This document shows, piece after piece, positions 1 through 9,425 of a stretch of DNA of 22,776 nt. Source of the stretch: Abditibacteriaceae bacterium (GTDB taxonomy: Bacteria > Armatimonadota > Abditibacteriia > Abditibacteriales > Abditibacteriaceae); assembly GCA_031372065.1 (NCBI GenBank), contig JANMKN010000146.1:1-22776 (forward strand), in the 5' to 3' direction. The translations under genes and the position numbers were made by a program. The notes under the pieces are model-generated. The model did not search any database, was not told the DNA's origin, and was given only the letters and a program-made list of their open reading frames with translations. The first letter of the stretch is position 1. Each line of letters starts with the position of its first letter.

Positions 1-209
1 GACCCGCTCGAACGCGTGCGGGTGTTGGAATCGCTGGATCGAATGTCCACCCACAACTCGCGGGCGCGATTGAGGGCGGCCTCACTTTCCATTGAAGGAT
101 CAATGACCACGAATTCAGCGGCTTCGTGGTCAATCAATAAATAAAGATTGTTATCCATTGGGCCAACAGGGAAATGCTCAATGGAAAAGTTGAAATTGGT
201 GTCAGTCAT
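1..209 (-). pseudogene. MBL-fold metallo-hydrolase (glyoxalase II/YcbL-like), 5' part; degraded or error-ridden towards the window edge
   Basis: Manual translation from ATG at 209: MTDTNFNFSIEHFPVGPMDNNLYLLIDHEAAEFVVIDPSMESEAALNRAREL. The VGPMDNNLYLL...VVIDP pattern is the typical MBL N-terminus. The expected THxHxDH motif is not in frame within the window. Confidence 0.6.
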
Positions 210-218
210 AGAGGAAGA

Positions 219-249
219 GGGCCATCGGCAGGTGGGCCATCGGCAGGTG
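219..249. repeat. 15-bp tandem duplication (GGGCCATCGGCAGGT x2)
   Basis: Exact copies at 219-233 and 234-248, just upstream of the MBL gene start. Confidence 0.9.
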
Positions 250-454
250 ATACAAGCTATGTTTAGCAGAAAACAAGCGAAATTGCGGTGTTTTTGAGGC
301 GGTTTGCGCGAAAACGATGGTCGCCACGACTGTCCTCCGACAAAACGGCACTCAGGTGAAGTATAATTGCTTTATCAAGTGTCTAAGTTGCCATAAGATT
401 GGGAAATGAAAATGCAGTTCTTGTTTCCCTCCTTTGTGGAGTAGAGGAGGCATC

Positions 455-2356
455 ATGCCAGAAAACGACATCCACGACAGTTCTCAACACACAACTCTCG
501 ATAGCCCCGTGCAAAATGACTCTCGCGTAACAGAGGTTCCTGTAGCAGAGAGTTTGATTGCCACACCAATCGCAACAACGCCGGACTCCCAACCGGACTC
601 CCAAGAGGCGCTATCAAATAGTGCCATAACCAAAGAAAATGGTGACGCCGCTGACGAATCAAGTGATGAATCAAGTTTTGTCGCTTTGTTAGATGAAACC
701 GCAAACCCCGAACGGGATGCCGCTGAAGCAGTTGCGGCGGAGTCTGGTGAAGATCACGATGCGACGCTGGAAATTGATCATCGGCGGGCGAAGCAATTGT
801 TGGATCGCGCCCTACTATTGTCCGAACGCGGCGATTTGGCCGGTGCGATTTTGGCCTCTCGACAAGCTGTTGCTTTGACGCCCAGCGAGCCATCGGGCTA
901 TTCTTTGCTGGGTTTATTGCACGAACGTGCTGGCGACTTGGAAAAAGCGATCAACTCCTATGAAAAAGTGTTGCAACTGGCGCCTCAAAGCACGCTGGAG
1001 CGCGACAGTCTTGATCGCCTGAAATCCACTTTGGAATCAGAAAATTCCTCAGTTTTATTCCACTTCGACGACAATGAGCTTTTTGAAGAACCCGCAGCCA
1101 TCGCATCTCCAGTTGTCGCCGCTGTGGAAGCTCCGGCTCAAGTTGCAGAAACCGCCAGTGTTACAGCAAAACCGATCCCGCAACCCGTTTTAAATTCTGC
1201 TCCCAGCGTGCAGACTGCGCTTCCTGACATTAAACCGCTGGCAATGCCTGCAAAAGTCGCGAGTGGGCGTTCGGGCCTGACTCCTTATCCTTCGTTGTCC
1301 AGAGCGCAGCAACCTACTTTGCAGTTGTTAATGCGTAAACCGTCCTTTTATTTCAAAGGTGCTCCTATCGTGGCTGCCACGACCGTGGGATTGCTTTTCA
1401 TGGCGTGGGCCGAAGGTGTTTCGCAAAACAAATATTTGCAAGAAACCCTACCCGGCGCCCCTTCCCGCAGCATGGTGATCAAGACCTCTAATGTCGGCGC
1501 CGACGGGGAAACTCAGGGTGATCCAATGCAAGGGCCGGTGCAGTCACCGCAGCAGGCAGTCAATGCGAATGGGGGTGGAATTTTTGGGCAGGGCAATCCC
1601 GGCTCATCTCCCACAACATCGGTGGTTTCTCCCGGAGCGCCTGCGCCGCGTGTGAGTGCTAACGGTGGCTCGAACGGTGGTTCAAACGCCACAGCACCGG
1701 TTTCGCGCGCAGCAACCGGCGTGCAAGCCTTGCCGCCCGCTATTCCTCAACCCAATGGAGCCGTTGGCGGCTCGACAGGATCAGTTGGCAGCGGTTCTAC
1801 CGGTGGCTCGAACACATTAGAGACACTTCCCGTTATGCGGCCTCGTGTTCCGGTTACAGAAACGGTGCGTCCCAGCACATCAACCGTGGTGCAAGGCACC
1901 GCACCGGCGGCCCCGGCAACGGATACGGGCGGTGGAAACAGCGGCGGCAACTCCAGCCAAGGGGGAATGTTTAACCCGTCAACCTCGCCACGAGGCTACA
2001 TACGCATTGACCCGGTGCGTCCTGTTAATCCGGTGACTCCGGCGGCGCGTCCCAGCAACGAAGCACGCGCCGCAGAAAATGCCGCCTCCCGTGCCGCAGC
2101 GTCGGGGCGAACCAACGAAGTGGTGCCCAGCTTGAATCGCGCCATTGAGCGACAAGCCACAGGCTATACCTATCAGCGTCGTGCGATGGCCTTTATGGGG
2201 AATGGGGATTACTCGCGGGCGGCTGACGATTTTCAGTCGGCTATTGCTGCTTATCAAGATCAAATTCGCCAAAACCAAAACGTGGAGGATGCCCGCAATG
2301 GCATTCAAACCTGCAAGAGTGGTTTAAATTTGGCCTTATCGAGAATGGGGCGTTAA
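455..2356 (+). CDS. Membrane-anchored tetratricopeptide-repeat protein with long low-complexity linkers
   Basis: SD AGAGGAGG at 443-450 favours ATG 455 over the TTG at 434. N-terminal TPRs (AILASRQAVALTPSEPSGYSLLGLLHERAGDLEKAINSYEKVLQLAP), a hydrophobic helix (IVAATTVGLLFMAWA), a G/S/P/T-rich linker and a C-terminal TPR (YQRRAMAFMGNGDYSRAADDFQSAI). Confidence 0.85.
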   Translation: MPENDIHDSSQHTTLDSPVQNDSRVTEVPVAESLIATPIATTPDSQPDSQEALSNSAITKENGDAADESSDESSFVALLDETANPERDAAEAVAAESGEDHDATLEIDHRRAKQLLDRALLLSERGDLAGAILASRQAVALTPSEPSGYSLLGLLHERAGDLEKAINSYEKVLQLAPQSTLERDSLDRLKSTLESENSSVLFHFDDNELFEEPAAIASPVVAAVEAPAQVAETASVTAKPIPQPVLNSAPSVQTALPDIKPLAMPAKVASGRSGLTPYPSLSRAQQPTLQLLMRKPSFYFKGAPIVAATTVGLLFMAWAEGVSQNKYLQETLPGAPSRSMVIKTSNVGADGETQGDPMQGPVQSPQQAVNANGGGIFGQGNPGSSPTTSVVSPGAPAPRVSANGGSNGGSNATAPVSRAATGVQALPPAIPQPNGAVGGSTGSVGSGSTGGSNTLETLPVMRPRVPVTETVRPSTSTVVQGTAPAAPATDTGGGNSGGNSSQGGMFNPSTSPRGYIRIDPVRPVNPVTPAARPSNEARAAENAASRAAASGRTNEVVPSLNRAIERQATGYTYQRRAMAFMGNGDYSRAADDFQSAIAAYQDQIRQNQNVEDARNGIQTCKSGLNLALSRMGR

Positions 2357-4689
2357 TGACAGCTTCAAGGACAGTCTCAATCGGAACTTTTTGTCGCATG
2401 AATTCTTTTTCTTTACCTTTGAAAGTGTTAAGTGCCACTGCGATCATTTCAGTGGCATTTAGTTCGAGTGCAATCGCGGCGAAACGAAAAGCGCCTGTCA
2501 CAAATGTATCCTCTGCGTCTACTGCCAATATTGTGCAGGTTCAGGCACCAGCAACGCCTACAACGGCGCCGTTGGCGGGCTTGAACTTTCTTATTTTGGC
2601 GTTGGATGATATTGATCCGACACAGATAACCCGTCCTGCCGCGCCAGCTACCAGTGGGCCGACTTTGCCTTTGGTGCCAACGGATGGTTTTACCTCGCGA
2701 GTAGCGCCGCCCAGTGTTCCCACTGTCTCGATTGTGCCGCGCAAATCCGCAGCTCCGCCGATTCCACCTACCGAAGAGCAACCGGCTCCCGCGCCAGATA
2801 CAGGCCACCCGCCTGCCAGTATTCGCAGGTTGAAAGGCGATTCGCAGGGCGTAGCGCTTGGCAGCGCTTGGTGGCGTGGTGCGGCGCGTTATGGATTTCA
2901 ATTTATTGCGACGCCGCGCGAACCCATCCTTAAACCGGGGCCAGAGCCACGTTCGCCCGCTGCCGAAAAAGCGCCGTTGGTGCCCTTTGGGCAACCGCTA
3001 CCTGCGGGCAATGTGCCCGCACCTGCCGTCACGGGTAGTCCCACTGCAAGCTCTGCTGAAGGCGATAATTTCAGTTCGTTGGCTCCGACTACGCGGATTA
3101 GCCGTGCCCAAGGTGCCGCTGTGCCGTTGCGTCGGGCGCTTTTGAAAGCGGGATGCGTAGATGTAATGACAACAGGCGCGGACGGTGCTCCGATTCTGCG
3201 CGTGCTGAATAGCCACCGCTTGTCTTTGCGCACCATTCAGATATTGCAAGATGGTATGGGCCAATTGATGGTGGCTGGAAAAACGACGACGAATGATGAA
3301 AATGTTCGCAGCCTGATTCGCTCCGCTTCGCGTGTCGGTCAGGCTTTAGGGTATCGTGGCGTTATTGTGGTGGCCTTGTTGCCCCGTGCAGCGGCTAATT
3401 CCAATGGCGTTGCCACGCCAACGGTGGAAGCGACTTATGGCGTTGTGATTGCCGATGCCATGCGCGAAAAAGGCGAGCCGCTGGTATTCGACGAAAAGGG
3501 CGTTGATGATGGCGCCATGCATGAATCGGCGGCGCTCACCGAACGTGCGATTATTGAAAAAATTGCCGTGGACTGGACGCCAGTGACAGCGGATGAAAAG
3601 CGTCAAGCATCGCTGAATTATCTCAATCAGGCGCGTGATTTATTAGCGCAGACTGCGGTGATGCAGGCTAATCCGGCAGAAGCCACACGTTTGCAAAATG
3701 AAGCGGTTGACACGCTGAATCAATCGCTGGCTATGGACGTTAATCAAATTGAATCCTACGTCATGCTCGGCGATTTATTGGCCGTAAAAGATGCTTCTGG
3801 CGCTGCCAGCGAGTATAATCGCGCGGCCCAATTGAAACCTACCGATGGCAAAGTTTGGACGAAAGTCGCCATTGCTTATACAAAGGGCGGCACTCCCGAT
3901 TGGCCGCACGCTTTAGAAGCTGCCAAGCGTGCTTTGGCTCTTGGTTATGAAGCCGCTGATTTGCACTTGGCTTACGCCGTCACCCAATGGGGACGAGCTG
4001 CGATTTTTCGCCGCTATAATGCCGAAGACCGTGCTGTCGCCGCTGAAACCGATGCCAGAACTCATCTGGATCGCGCCCTTTTGCTGGCGCCGCAGGATGA
4101 TCCCGGTGTGATGCGTGACATCGCCTCGCAGTTGGTCGCGCAGGGACGCTACAAAGAGGGCGTCAGCGTGTTGGAAAAGATGACGAAACTTTATCCCACC
4201 GATAAAGAAATACAGATTCTGCTGGCTCAATCGTTGTTGAACATTCCCAATCAGGAAGAAGGCGCTTTTGGGGCATGGGCCAAGGTGTGGAAGACGCAGA
4301 ACACCGCGCAGGTCACGCTTGACCCGGCGCAATATGCCTTTATCATTGAAGGTTTTGACCGCAATGTCGCCTCAATTGGCAAAGAAGCGTCGCGATTGGC
4401 AAGCGGTGTGGCGCAAGCAGGAGTTCCACGCGAACAGGCTTTGCTGCAAATGATGCGTTTGCGCGATGACCTAAACGTCGCACAGGAGACTATAAAAATC
4501 ATGGTGCCGCCCACGGCGACGCAGCGCTTGAATCACAACTCGCGTATTTTCGCCATTGATTTGATGTCGCAAGCCTTTGGCAATTACATCATGTTTCTGG
4601 AAACGGCGGACACCACGATGTTTAATCGCGCCACTGATTTGCACCGTCAGGCGATGGTCACGTTAAATTTGGTGCGGGCGACAAAGTAG
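2356..4689 (+). CDS. Secreted/periplasmic TPR-containing protein with Pro-rich N-terminus
   Basis: TAATG overlap with the upstream stop; alternative ATG at 2398. Signal-peptide-like KVLSATAIISVAFSSSAIA-AK. TPR-like segments AASEYNRAAQLKPTDGKVWTKVA and YKEGVSVLEKMTKLYPTDKEIQILLA. Confidence 0.8.
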   Translation: MTASRTVSIGTFCRMNSFSLPLKVLSATAIISVAFSSSAIAAKRKAPVTNVSSASTANIVQVQAPATPTTAPLAGLNFLILALDDIDPTQITRPAAPATSGPTLPLVPTDGFTSRVAPPSVPTVSIVPRKSAAPPIPPTEEQPAPAPDTGHPPASIRRLKGDSQGVALGSAWWRGAARYGFQFIATPREPILKPGPEPRSPAAEKAPLVPFGQPLPAGNVPAPAVTGSPTASSAEGDNFSSLAPTTRISRAQGAAVPLRRALLKAGCVDVMTTGADGAPILRVLNSHRLSLRTIQILQDGMGQLMVAGKTTTNDENVRSLIRSASRVGQALGYRGVIVVALLPRAAANSNGVATPTVEATYGVVIADAMREKGEPLVFDEKGVDDGAMHESAALTERAIIEKIAVDWTPVTADEKRQASLNYLNQARDLLAQTAVMQANPAEATRLQNEAVDTLNQSLAMDVNQIESYVMLGDLLAVKDASGAASEYNRAAQLKPTDGKVWTKVAIAYTKGGTPDWPHALEAAKRALALGYEAADLHLAYAVTQWGRAAIFRRYNAEDRAVAAETDARTHLDRALLLAPQDDPGVMRDIASQLVAQGRYKEGVSVLEKMTKLYPTDKEIQILLAQSLLNIPNQEEGAFGAWAKVWKTQNTAQVTLDPAQYAFIIEGFDRNVASIGKEASRLASGVAQAGVPREQALLQMMRLRDDLNVAQETIKIMVPPTATQRLNHNSRIFAIDLMSQAFGNYIMFLETADTTMFNRATDLHRQAMVTLNLVRATK

Positions 4690-4705
4690 ACATTTGCGAT
4701 TCCCC

Positions 4706-4745
4706 ATCAAAAGCGCGCAGAGTTCACGCTCTGCGCGCTTTTGAT
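4706..4745. terminator. Intrinsic terminator hairpin
   Basis: ATCAAAAGCGCGCAGAG-ttcacg-CTCTGCGCGCTTTTGAT: perfect 17-bp stem just after the 4689 stop. Confidence 0.85.
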
Positions 4746-4826
4746 TTGCGTAAAAATGACTGTCGCGCTGTTTGTTAAAATGATTGGCAAGCAAATTTGT
4801 GGTTTTTCCGAGAAAGAGATTGATTC

Positions 4827-5843
4827 ATGCAGCAGGAGATTGTAACCGACGAAAACATGGCAGGAAACGGCAATAACGGCCAATGCAGCCTTGGTATTCG
4901 GCTCTTAAAAGGTCTTGTTTTGTTGGCCGCAGCGACAACCGGCGCGGCGATAGTCACTAACAAACTGATTGCCTTGCGCACGCCGCCGCCCGATGACCGT
5001 TTAGGCGGCTTATTTGACCGCTACCCCGGACGATTGGGCGATTTGGCCTATAGTGTCAGCGGCGATGGGCCTGCGGTTTTGCTGTTGCACTCGCTGCATC
5101 CCGGCGCTTCGATGGCTGAATGGGAAAATAATTTTGCCGCTTTAGCCGAGCATTTCACGGTTTATGCGTTGGATTTCGTCGGTTGGGGCGCTTCCGACAA
5201 GCCCGAAGCCGATTACAACGCACAAGAATACGCCGAACAGATCGAATTTTTCATCGAAGACGTGATAAATGCGCCTTGTGCTGTGGTTGGTTCGGGACAG
5301 AGTGGCAATTCTGCCATCTTGGCAGCGGCGCGGCGCCCTGATCTCATCAATAATTTAGTTTTGATTTGTCCGCCCTTGCCCGACCAACCAGAAATTCCGG
5401 TGCCCGGCGCGGGACTGGCTGTCGGGAAAACAATGCAACTGCCTGTGGCCGGAACCACGGCTTACAACGTGTTGGTTTCGCGGCGCGCCTTGAGCGAATG
5501 GGCGCAGCGTCATTTGTTTTTCGATAAGAATCGCGTAGATGATGCCTTTGTTAATGTTCAACACATCGCTACACATCAGCCCGGCGCGCAACACGCGGCG
5601 CGCGCCAGTTGGACAGGCGAATCGGCCTGCAATCCTTTGGCTGAGTGGGAACAATTAGAGATGCCTGCCTTGTTGATTTGGGGGCGTAATGCGCTGCATC
5701 CGCCGGTAGACACCGCACCGGAATGGCTCGCGGTGAAACCTGATGCTCATCTCGAAGTGATAAATCAAGCCATGCTGCTGCCGCACGTTGAACATCCGGC
5801 ACGTTTCAATCAATTAATTACCGAATGGTTGCAACGTGACTAA
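4827..5843 (+). CDS. Alpha/beta-hydrolase fold protein with N-terminal hydrophobic segment; catalytic triad apparently absent
   Basis: GPAVLLLHS, FTVYALDFVGWGASDKP, PALLIWGR and PHVEHPARFN are Abhydrolase_1/6 signatures. The true start may be ATG 4857. Confidence 0.85.
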   Translation: MQQEIVTDENMAGNGNNGQCSLGIRLLKGLVLLAAATTGAAIVTNKLIALRTPPPDDRLGGLFDRYPGRLGDLAYSVSGDGPAVLLLHSLHPGASMAEWENNFAALAEHFTVYALDFVGWGASDKPEADYNAQEYAEQIEFFIEDVINAPCAVVGSGQSGNSAILAAARRPDLINNLVLICPPLPDQPEIPVPGAGLAVGKTMQLPVAGTTAYNVLVSRRALSEWAQRHLFFDKNRVDDAFVNVQHIATHQPGAQHAARASWTGESACNPLAEWEQLEMPALLIWGRNALHPPVDTAPEWLAVKPDAHLEVINQAMLLPHVEHPARFNQLITEWLQRD

Positions 5844-5855
5844 GCGGATTACTGC

Positions 5856-7793
5856 ATGAATCTGTCGTCTTCGTCTTCTTTTGCGCTGTTGTCTTTGTTC
5901 CACGAGGCCGCATTAGCGCTGCATTGTGCCCGCGAGTTGGATGAACTTCTCGAAGTTTTTGTAAGTCATGCCGCGCGCTTGTGTGGTGCCCATCGCGTGC
6001 AACTGGTTTTGCATCGCGAAGGCTTTGCCGCTGCTCTTCTGAATGAAATTAAACCCGCTTCGCCGTGGCCCGACGCCGGTTGGCCCGCCAGCAGCGACGA
6101 TTGGCTTTTTATCGGCGAAGTGCCTGAAAATACCGCTCTGATTGCTCCTCTTTTTTTGCGAAGCCGTCGTGTGGGTGCTGTGCGTGCTGATACCGCAAGT
6201 CAGGGCGCCGAAGCAACCTCGCTGCTACTTTCTCATTTATGGGAGCAGGCTGGCGCCGCGCTCGAAAAGGCGCATCTTTTCGATTTGTTGGAAAACGCCA
6301 AACGTGAGTGGGAAACGACTTTCGATGGCATGACGGACGGCGTTTACATTTACGATGAGCGCGGCGTCATTTTGCGCGCGAACTTGTCTGTGCAGAATTT
6401 GCTGGGTTTGCCGCTGCGGCAGATTGTGGGTCGCAAGCGCCGCGAAGTGATGCAATCGCTGCCGGAATATTTGGAATTGCAAATCGAAAAGCGCATCGAA
6501 GACGGCGCGCCGGAACTGGACAGGCGCACGCGTGAATTTCGCTGTTGCGTGCCGGAGCGCATTTTTGTGGAATCGAATTTTGCGCTGCTTGGCGGTGATT
6601 TGTCGGATGGCGAAACGCGGCGCGTTTGTATTTTGCAGGACGTGACCGATCAGCGCCTTTTGCAAGAGCAAATTATTCAAACCGAAAAATTGGCCGCACT
6701 TGGTGAAATGCTGTCGGGCGTGGCACATGAATTAAACAATCCGTTGGCGACAGTCGTTGGCTATGCGCAGCTTTTGGAAACCGACGACGCGTTGCCCTCA
6801 CATTTGAAGCGTCAAGTTCACGCCGTGCATCACGAAGGACAGCGCGCCTCGCAGATTGTGCAAAGTTTGCTGAGTTTCTCGCGCCGTTCGACACCCGAAA
6901 AAACCAGTCTTGACCTCAACGAAGTCGTGCATTCGGTTCTCGAAATGCGCGCGTTTCAATTGAAAAGCGACAGCGTGACACTACGCGCCGAATGTGCCGA
7001 TGAATTACCGCTCATATGGGGCGAAATGGCCGGTTTGCAGCAGGTTTTGCTGAACATCGTCAACAACGCGATTCAGGCGATCACGCAGTCGGGGCAGGGC
7101 AGCGAGATCTTGATTCGCACCGAAAGCATTCAAGTCGCGGGGCAAAAATTAGTGCGCCTCAGCGTGCGCGATGATGGGCCGGGCATTGCGCCAGAATATC
7201 TGCGACGCATTTTCGATCCGTTTTTTACCACCAAAGCGGCGGGGCAGGGCACCGGGTTGGGCATGAGCTTGGCGCATCGCACCATTTCGCATCATGGTGG
7301 CACCATCCGCGCCGAAAGCCGACTGGGGCAGGGCGCGACTTTTATTGTGGAAATGCCCGCTGCCGGAAGCGGAATTTTGACGGCCAACACCGCCGATGTG
7401 CAACATTCCGCCGCGCCGTCGGCTCATGTTTTGGTGATTGACGACGAAGAACCGATTGTGCTGCTCATCACCGAAATTTTAGCCGAAGACGGCCATCGCG
7501 TGACGCAAGCCTACAACGGCGCGCAGGCGCTCGATTGGCTGCTCAAAGAAGAATTTGACCTCATCATCAGCGACGTGCGAATGCCCGCCGTCGGTGGCCC
7601 GACCTTCTTCGAGATTCTCCAAACCACGCGCCCCGACCTGCTCGAACGCGTCATTTTCGTGACCGGCGACACCGTTTCATCTTCCACGCGCTCGTTTCTC
7701 GAAAAAACCGGACGCCCCGTCTTAGCCAAACCCTTTGAACCCGAACGCCTGCGCCGCATGGCCAACCAAAACCTGCGCGCCACCGCCCGCTAA
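5856..7793 (+). CDS. Cytoplasmic hybrid sensor histidine kinase (GAF-like, PAS, HisKA, HATPase_c, REC)
   Basis: PAS start WETTFDGMTDGVYIYD; H-box GVAHELNNPL; N-box LNIVNNA; G1 DDGPGI; F-box FDPFFTTK; G2 GTGLG; receiver VLVIDDE...ISDVRMP...LAKPF. Confidence 0.95.
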   Translation: MNLSSSSSFALLSLFHEAALALHCARELDELLEVFVSHAARLCGAHRVQLVLHREGFAAALLNEIKPASPWPDAGWPASSDDWLFIGEVPENTALIAPLFLRSRRVGAVRADTASQGAEATSLLLSHLWEQAGAALEKAHLFDLLENAKREWETTFDGMTDGVYIYDERGVILRANLSVQNLLGLPLRQIVGRKRREVMQSLPEYLELQIEKRIEDGAPELDRRTREFRCCVPERIFVESNFALLGGDLSDGETRRVCILQDVTDQRLLQEQIIQTEKLAALGEMLSGVAHELNNPLATVVGYAQLLETDDALPSHLKRQVHAVHHEGQRASQIVQSLLSFSRRSTPEKTSLDLNEVVHSVLEMRAFQLKSDSVTLRAECADELPLIWGEMAGLQQVLLNIVNNAIQAITQSGQGSEILIRTESIQVAGQKLVRLSVRDDGPGIAPEYLRRIFDPFFTTKAAGQGTGLGMSLAHRTISHHGGTIRAESRLGQGATFIVEMPAAGSGILTANTADVQHSAAPSAHVLVIDDEEPIVLLITEILAEDGHRVTQAYNGAQALDWLLKEEFDLIISDVRMPAVGGPTFFEILQTTRPDLLERVIFVTGDTVSSSTRSFLEKTGRPVLAKPFEPERLRRMANQNLRATAR

Positions 7794-7819
7794 AACCGCG
7801 TAAAAGCCGCAGATTGTCT

Positions 7820-8113
7820 GTTTTTGGTGTGAGACAAGCCGTTATCGCTATCTCACCGGTTGTTTTTCGAGGCGCGCACCCTGTTTTTCGTATCTAACTG
7901 CCTGTTTTTGAATAGTGACCGCTTGTTTTCGCTATCTGTCACCTTGTTTTTAGAATGTGACAAGCCGTTTTTAGATGCTGACCGTCTGTTTTTCGTATCT
8001 CTCCGTCTGTTTTCGCAATCTGCCGACCTGTTTTTGCTATCTCACCAACCGTTTTTGGATGCTGACAAGCTGTTTTTTGAATCGCGCCAGTTGTTTTTCG
8101 GATGTATTCAGTG
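7820..8113. repeat. Array of 14 degenerate 21-bp units (GTTTTY-N9-C-N3-YY)
   Basis: GTTTTY (GTTATC in unit 2) recurs at 7820, 7841, 7862, 7883, 7904, 7925, 7946, 7967, 7988, 8009, 8030, 8051, 8072 and 8093, an exact 21-bp spacing with no indels. Confidence 0.95.
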
Positions 8114-8127
8114 CGTTTTGAAGTGCG

Positions 8128-9423
8128 CTATTGCTTTTGCATAACAACAATATATTCGTTGCTCATGGTTACATCAACCACGCCCGCAGCGTTCGACGGA
8201 CTGTTTTTTAAAGGCATACGCTTATTAGGAATTGAGCGCACAAAGGTGTTTACATGAGCAAAACCACGAGACTCGAAAGCACACCGCACAGCGTTATCTG
8301 TTGGCAGAACCACACCTTTGACTTTCCGATTGCCAACGACATAGCAAGCGTAACCTCTATGCCGAATAACGTCAGCCACATGGAACATTGAGGCTTCCAA
8401 ATCTTGATGGAATGCGGCGACTTCGTGGGCGCGTTTGTCATCTATTGACCTAATTTTTTCAATAGCAATATCAATAGCCACGCTGTGAGTTGGTTGGATG
8501 TTTTTCGTAGTTTTTCCTCCCATTAAGCGCCGATCTACTTTCTGAGGTTCAGATAAACCGAGCCATGCAGCAGACAGCCTTGAGTATTGTCCATAAGCAA
8601 CAGTCGTCTGCGAATCGCCGTATGGAGGAGATGTGATTACGATGTCAATTGATTGAGGTGATAAAGTTTTCGAGGGAATCCCTTCGACGGTATCAAATTC
8701 AAAAACATGGGCAGTGGGTAGGTGAGGCAAAGCCTTGAGGCGGTTTAGAAAAGAAAGCAATCCTACCCGATTACGCGCTAATTTACTTGTCATGATGCTA
8801 AAAACGTGAGGGTTAAATGAGTCAAGTTGCGCCTCATTATAGCGGTATAGCTTAAATTCATTATTTCGCGTGTTAGAGCATTCCCGCACAGTTTCGCTAA
8901 AAGCGATCTGAAAGAAACGGCGCACTGACACGGAATCAATTCGCTCTACGAACTCGCGGATTGCTGCTAAATTTTCAATTACGTTTGGTTTGAACCAAAA
9001 ATCAAGTCGGTCAATCCCTTCTATTTTTGGAATTTCAGACGAAGTTGGCGCTTTGCGGGCGAACAGATTCCATTTTTCAAGGTGAATGTCCAATTTTTCG
9101 AGATTAACGACGCTTAATTTTCCAGCAGCAATTAAGCGTGCAAGTGGGTTTAAATCAGTTCCAACGACATCAAATCCCCGGATTCGACCTTCCACCAAAG
9201 ATGTGCCTGTGCCGCAGTAAGGATCAAATAGTGTCCCCACTCCATTACCAAACAACTCAGTTAAACGACGGGCAATTTGCGGAATCATCCGAGCAGGATA
9301 ATCATGATAGCAATGGGTCAAGTCACGCGTTGCTGCACCGTTAAATGTCCAGTCACTCAACACGCCTATATCTTTTGGAACGTGTTGGATTTCTTCGGTT
9401 GAGGCAAATAAATTAGTGGGCAT
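8128..9423 (-). CDS. Type II DNA methyltransferase, probably N4-cytosine (M.MvaI-like motif order)
   Basis: THCYHDYPARMIPQI; SAM-binding motif I LFDPYCGTGT near the N-terminus; catalytic motif IV ITSPPY downstream; YVVGNR. Coupled to the REase by a 2-nt gap. Confidence 0.92.
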   Translation of the reverse strand: MPTNLFASTEEIQHVPKDIGVLSDWTFNGAATRDLTHCYHDYPARMIPQIARRLTELFGNGVGTLFDPYCGTGTSLVEGRIRGFDVVGTDLNPLARLIAAGKLSVVNLEKLDIHLEKWNLFARKAPTSSEIPKIEGIDRLDFWFKPNVIENLAAIREFVERIDSVSVRRFFQIAFSETVRECSNTRNNEFKLYRYNEAQLDSFNPHVFSIMTSKLARNRVGLLSFLNRLKALPHLPTAHVFEFDTVEGIPSKTLSPQSIDIVITSPPYGDSQTTVAYGQYSRLSAAWLGLSEPQKVDRRLMGGKTTKNIQPTHSVAIDIAIEKIRSIDDKRAHEVAAFHQDLEASMFHVADVIRHRGYACYVVGNRKVKGVVLPTDNAVRCAFESRGFAHVNTFVRSIPNKRMPLKNSPSNAAGVVDVTMSNEYIVVMQKQ

Positions 9424-9425
9424 AT

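Noticed and set aside
44..55. TGTGGGTGGACA on the minus strand, resembling the Tn7 terminus TGTGGGCGGACA
   Set aside because: No TnsB-site-like repeats follow, and the adjacent bases are better explained as degraded MBL motif codons.
362..367. TATAAT as the promoter of the TPR operon
   Set aside because: Plausible -10 but no recognisable -35 or extended -10; too weak to call.
7820..8113. CRISPR array interpretation of the 21-bp arrays
   Set aside because: The constant part is only about 6 bp, the period is far too short, the variable parts are related to each other, and there are no cas genes in the window.
7860..8144. 94-aa + strand ORF with LF-rich heptads
   Set aside because: A by-product of the 21-bp period: TTG start inside the array, no SD, invariant bases at wobble positions, and overlap with the MTase end.
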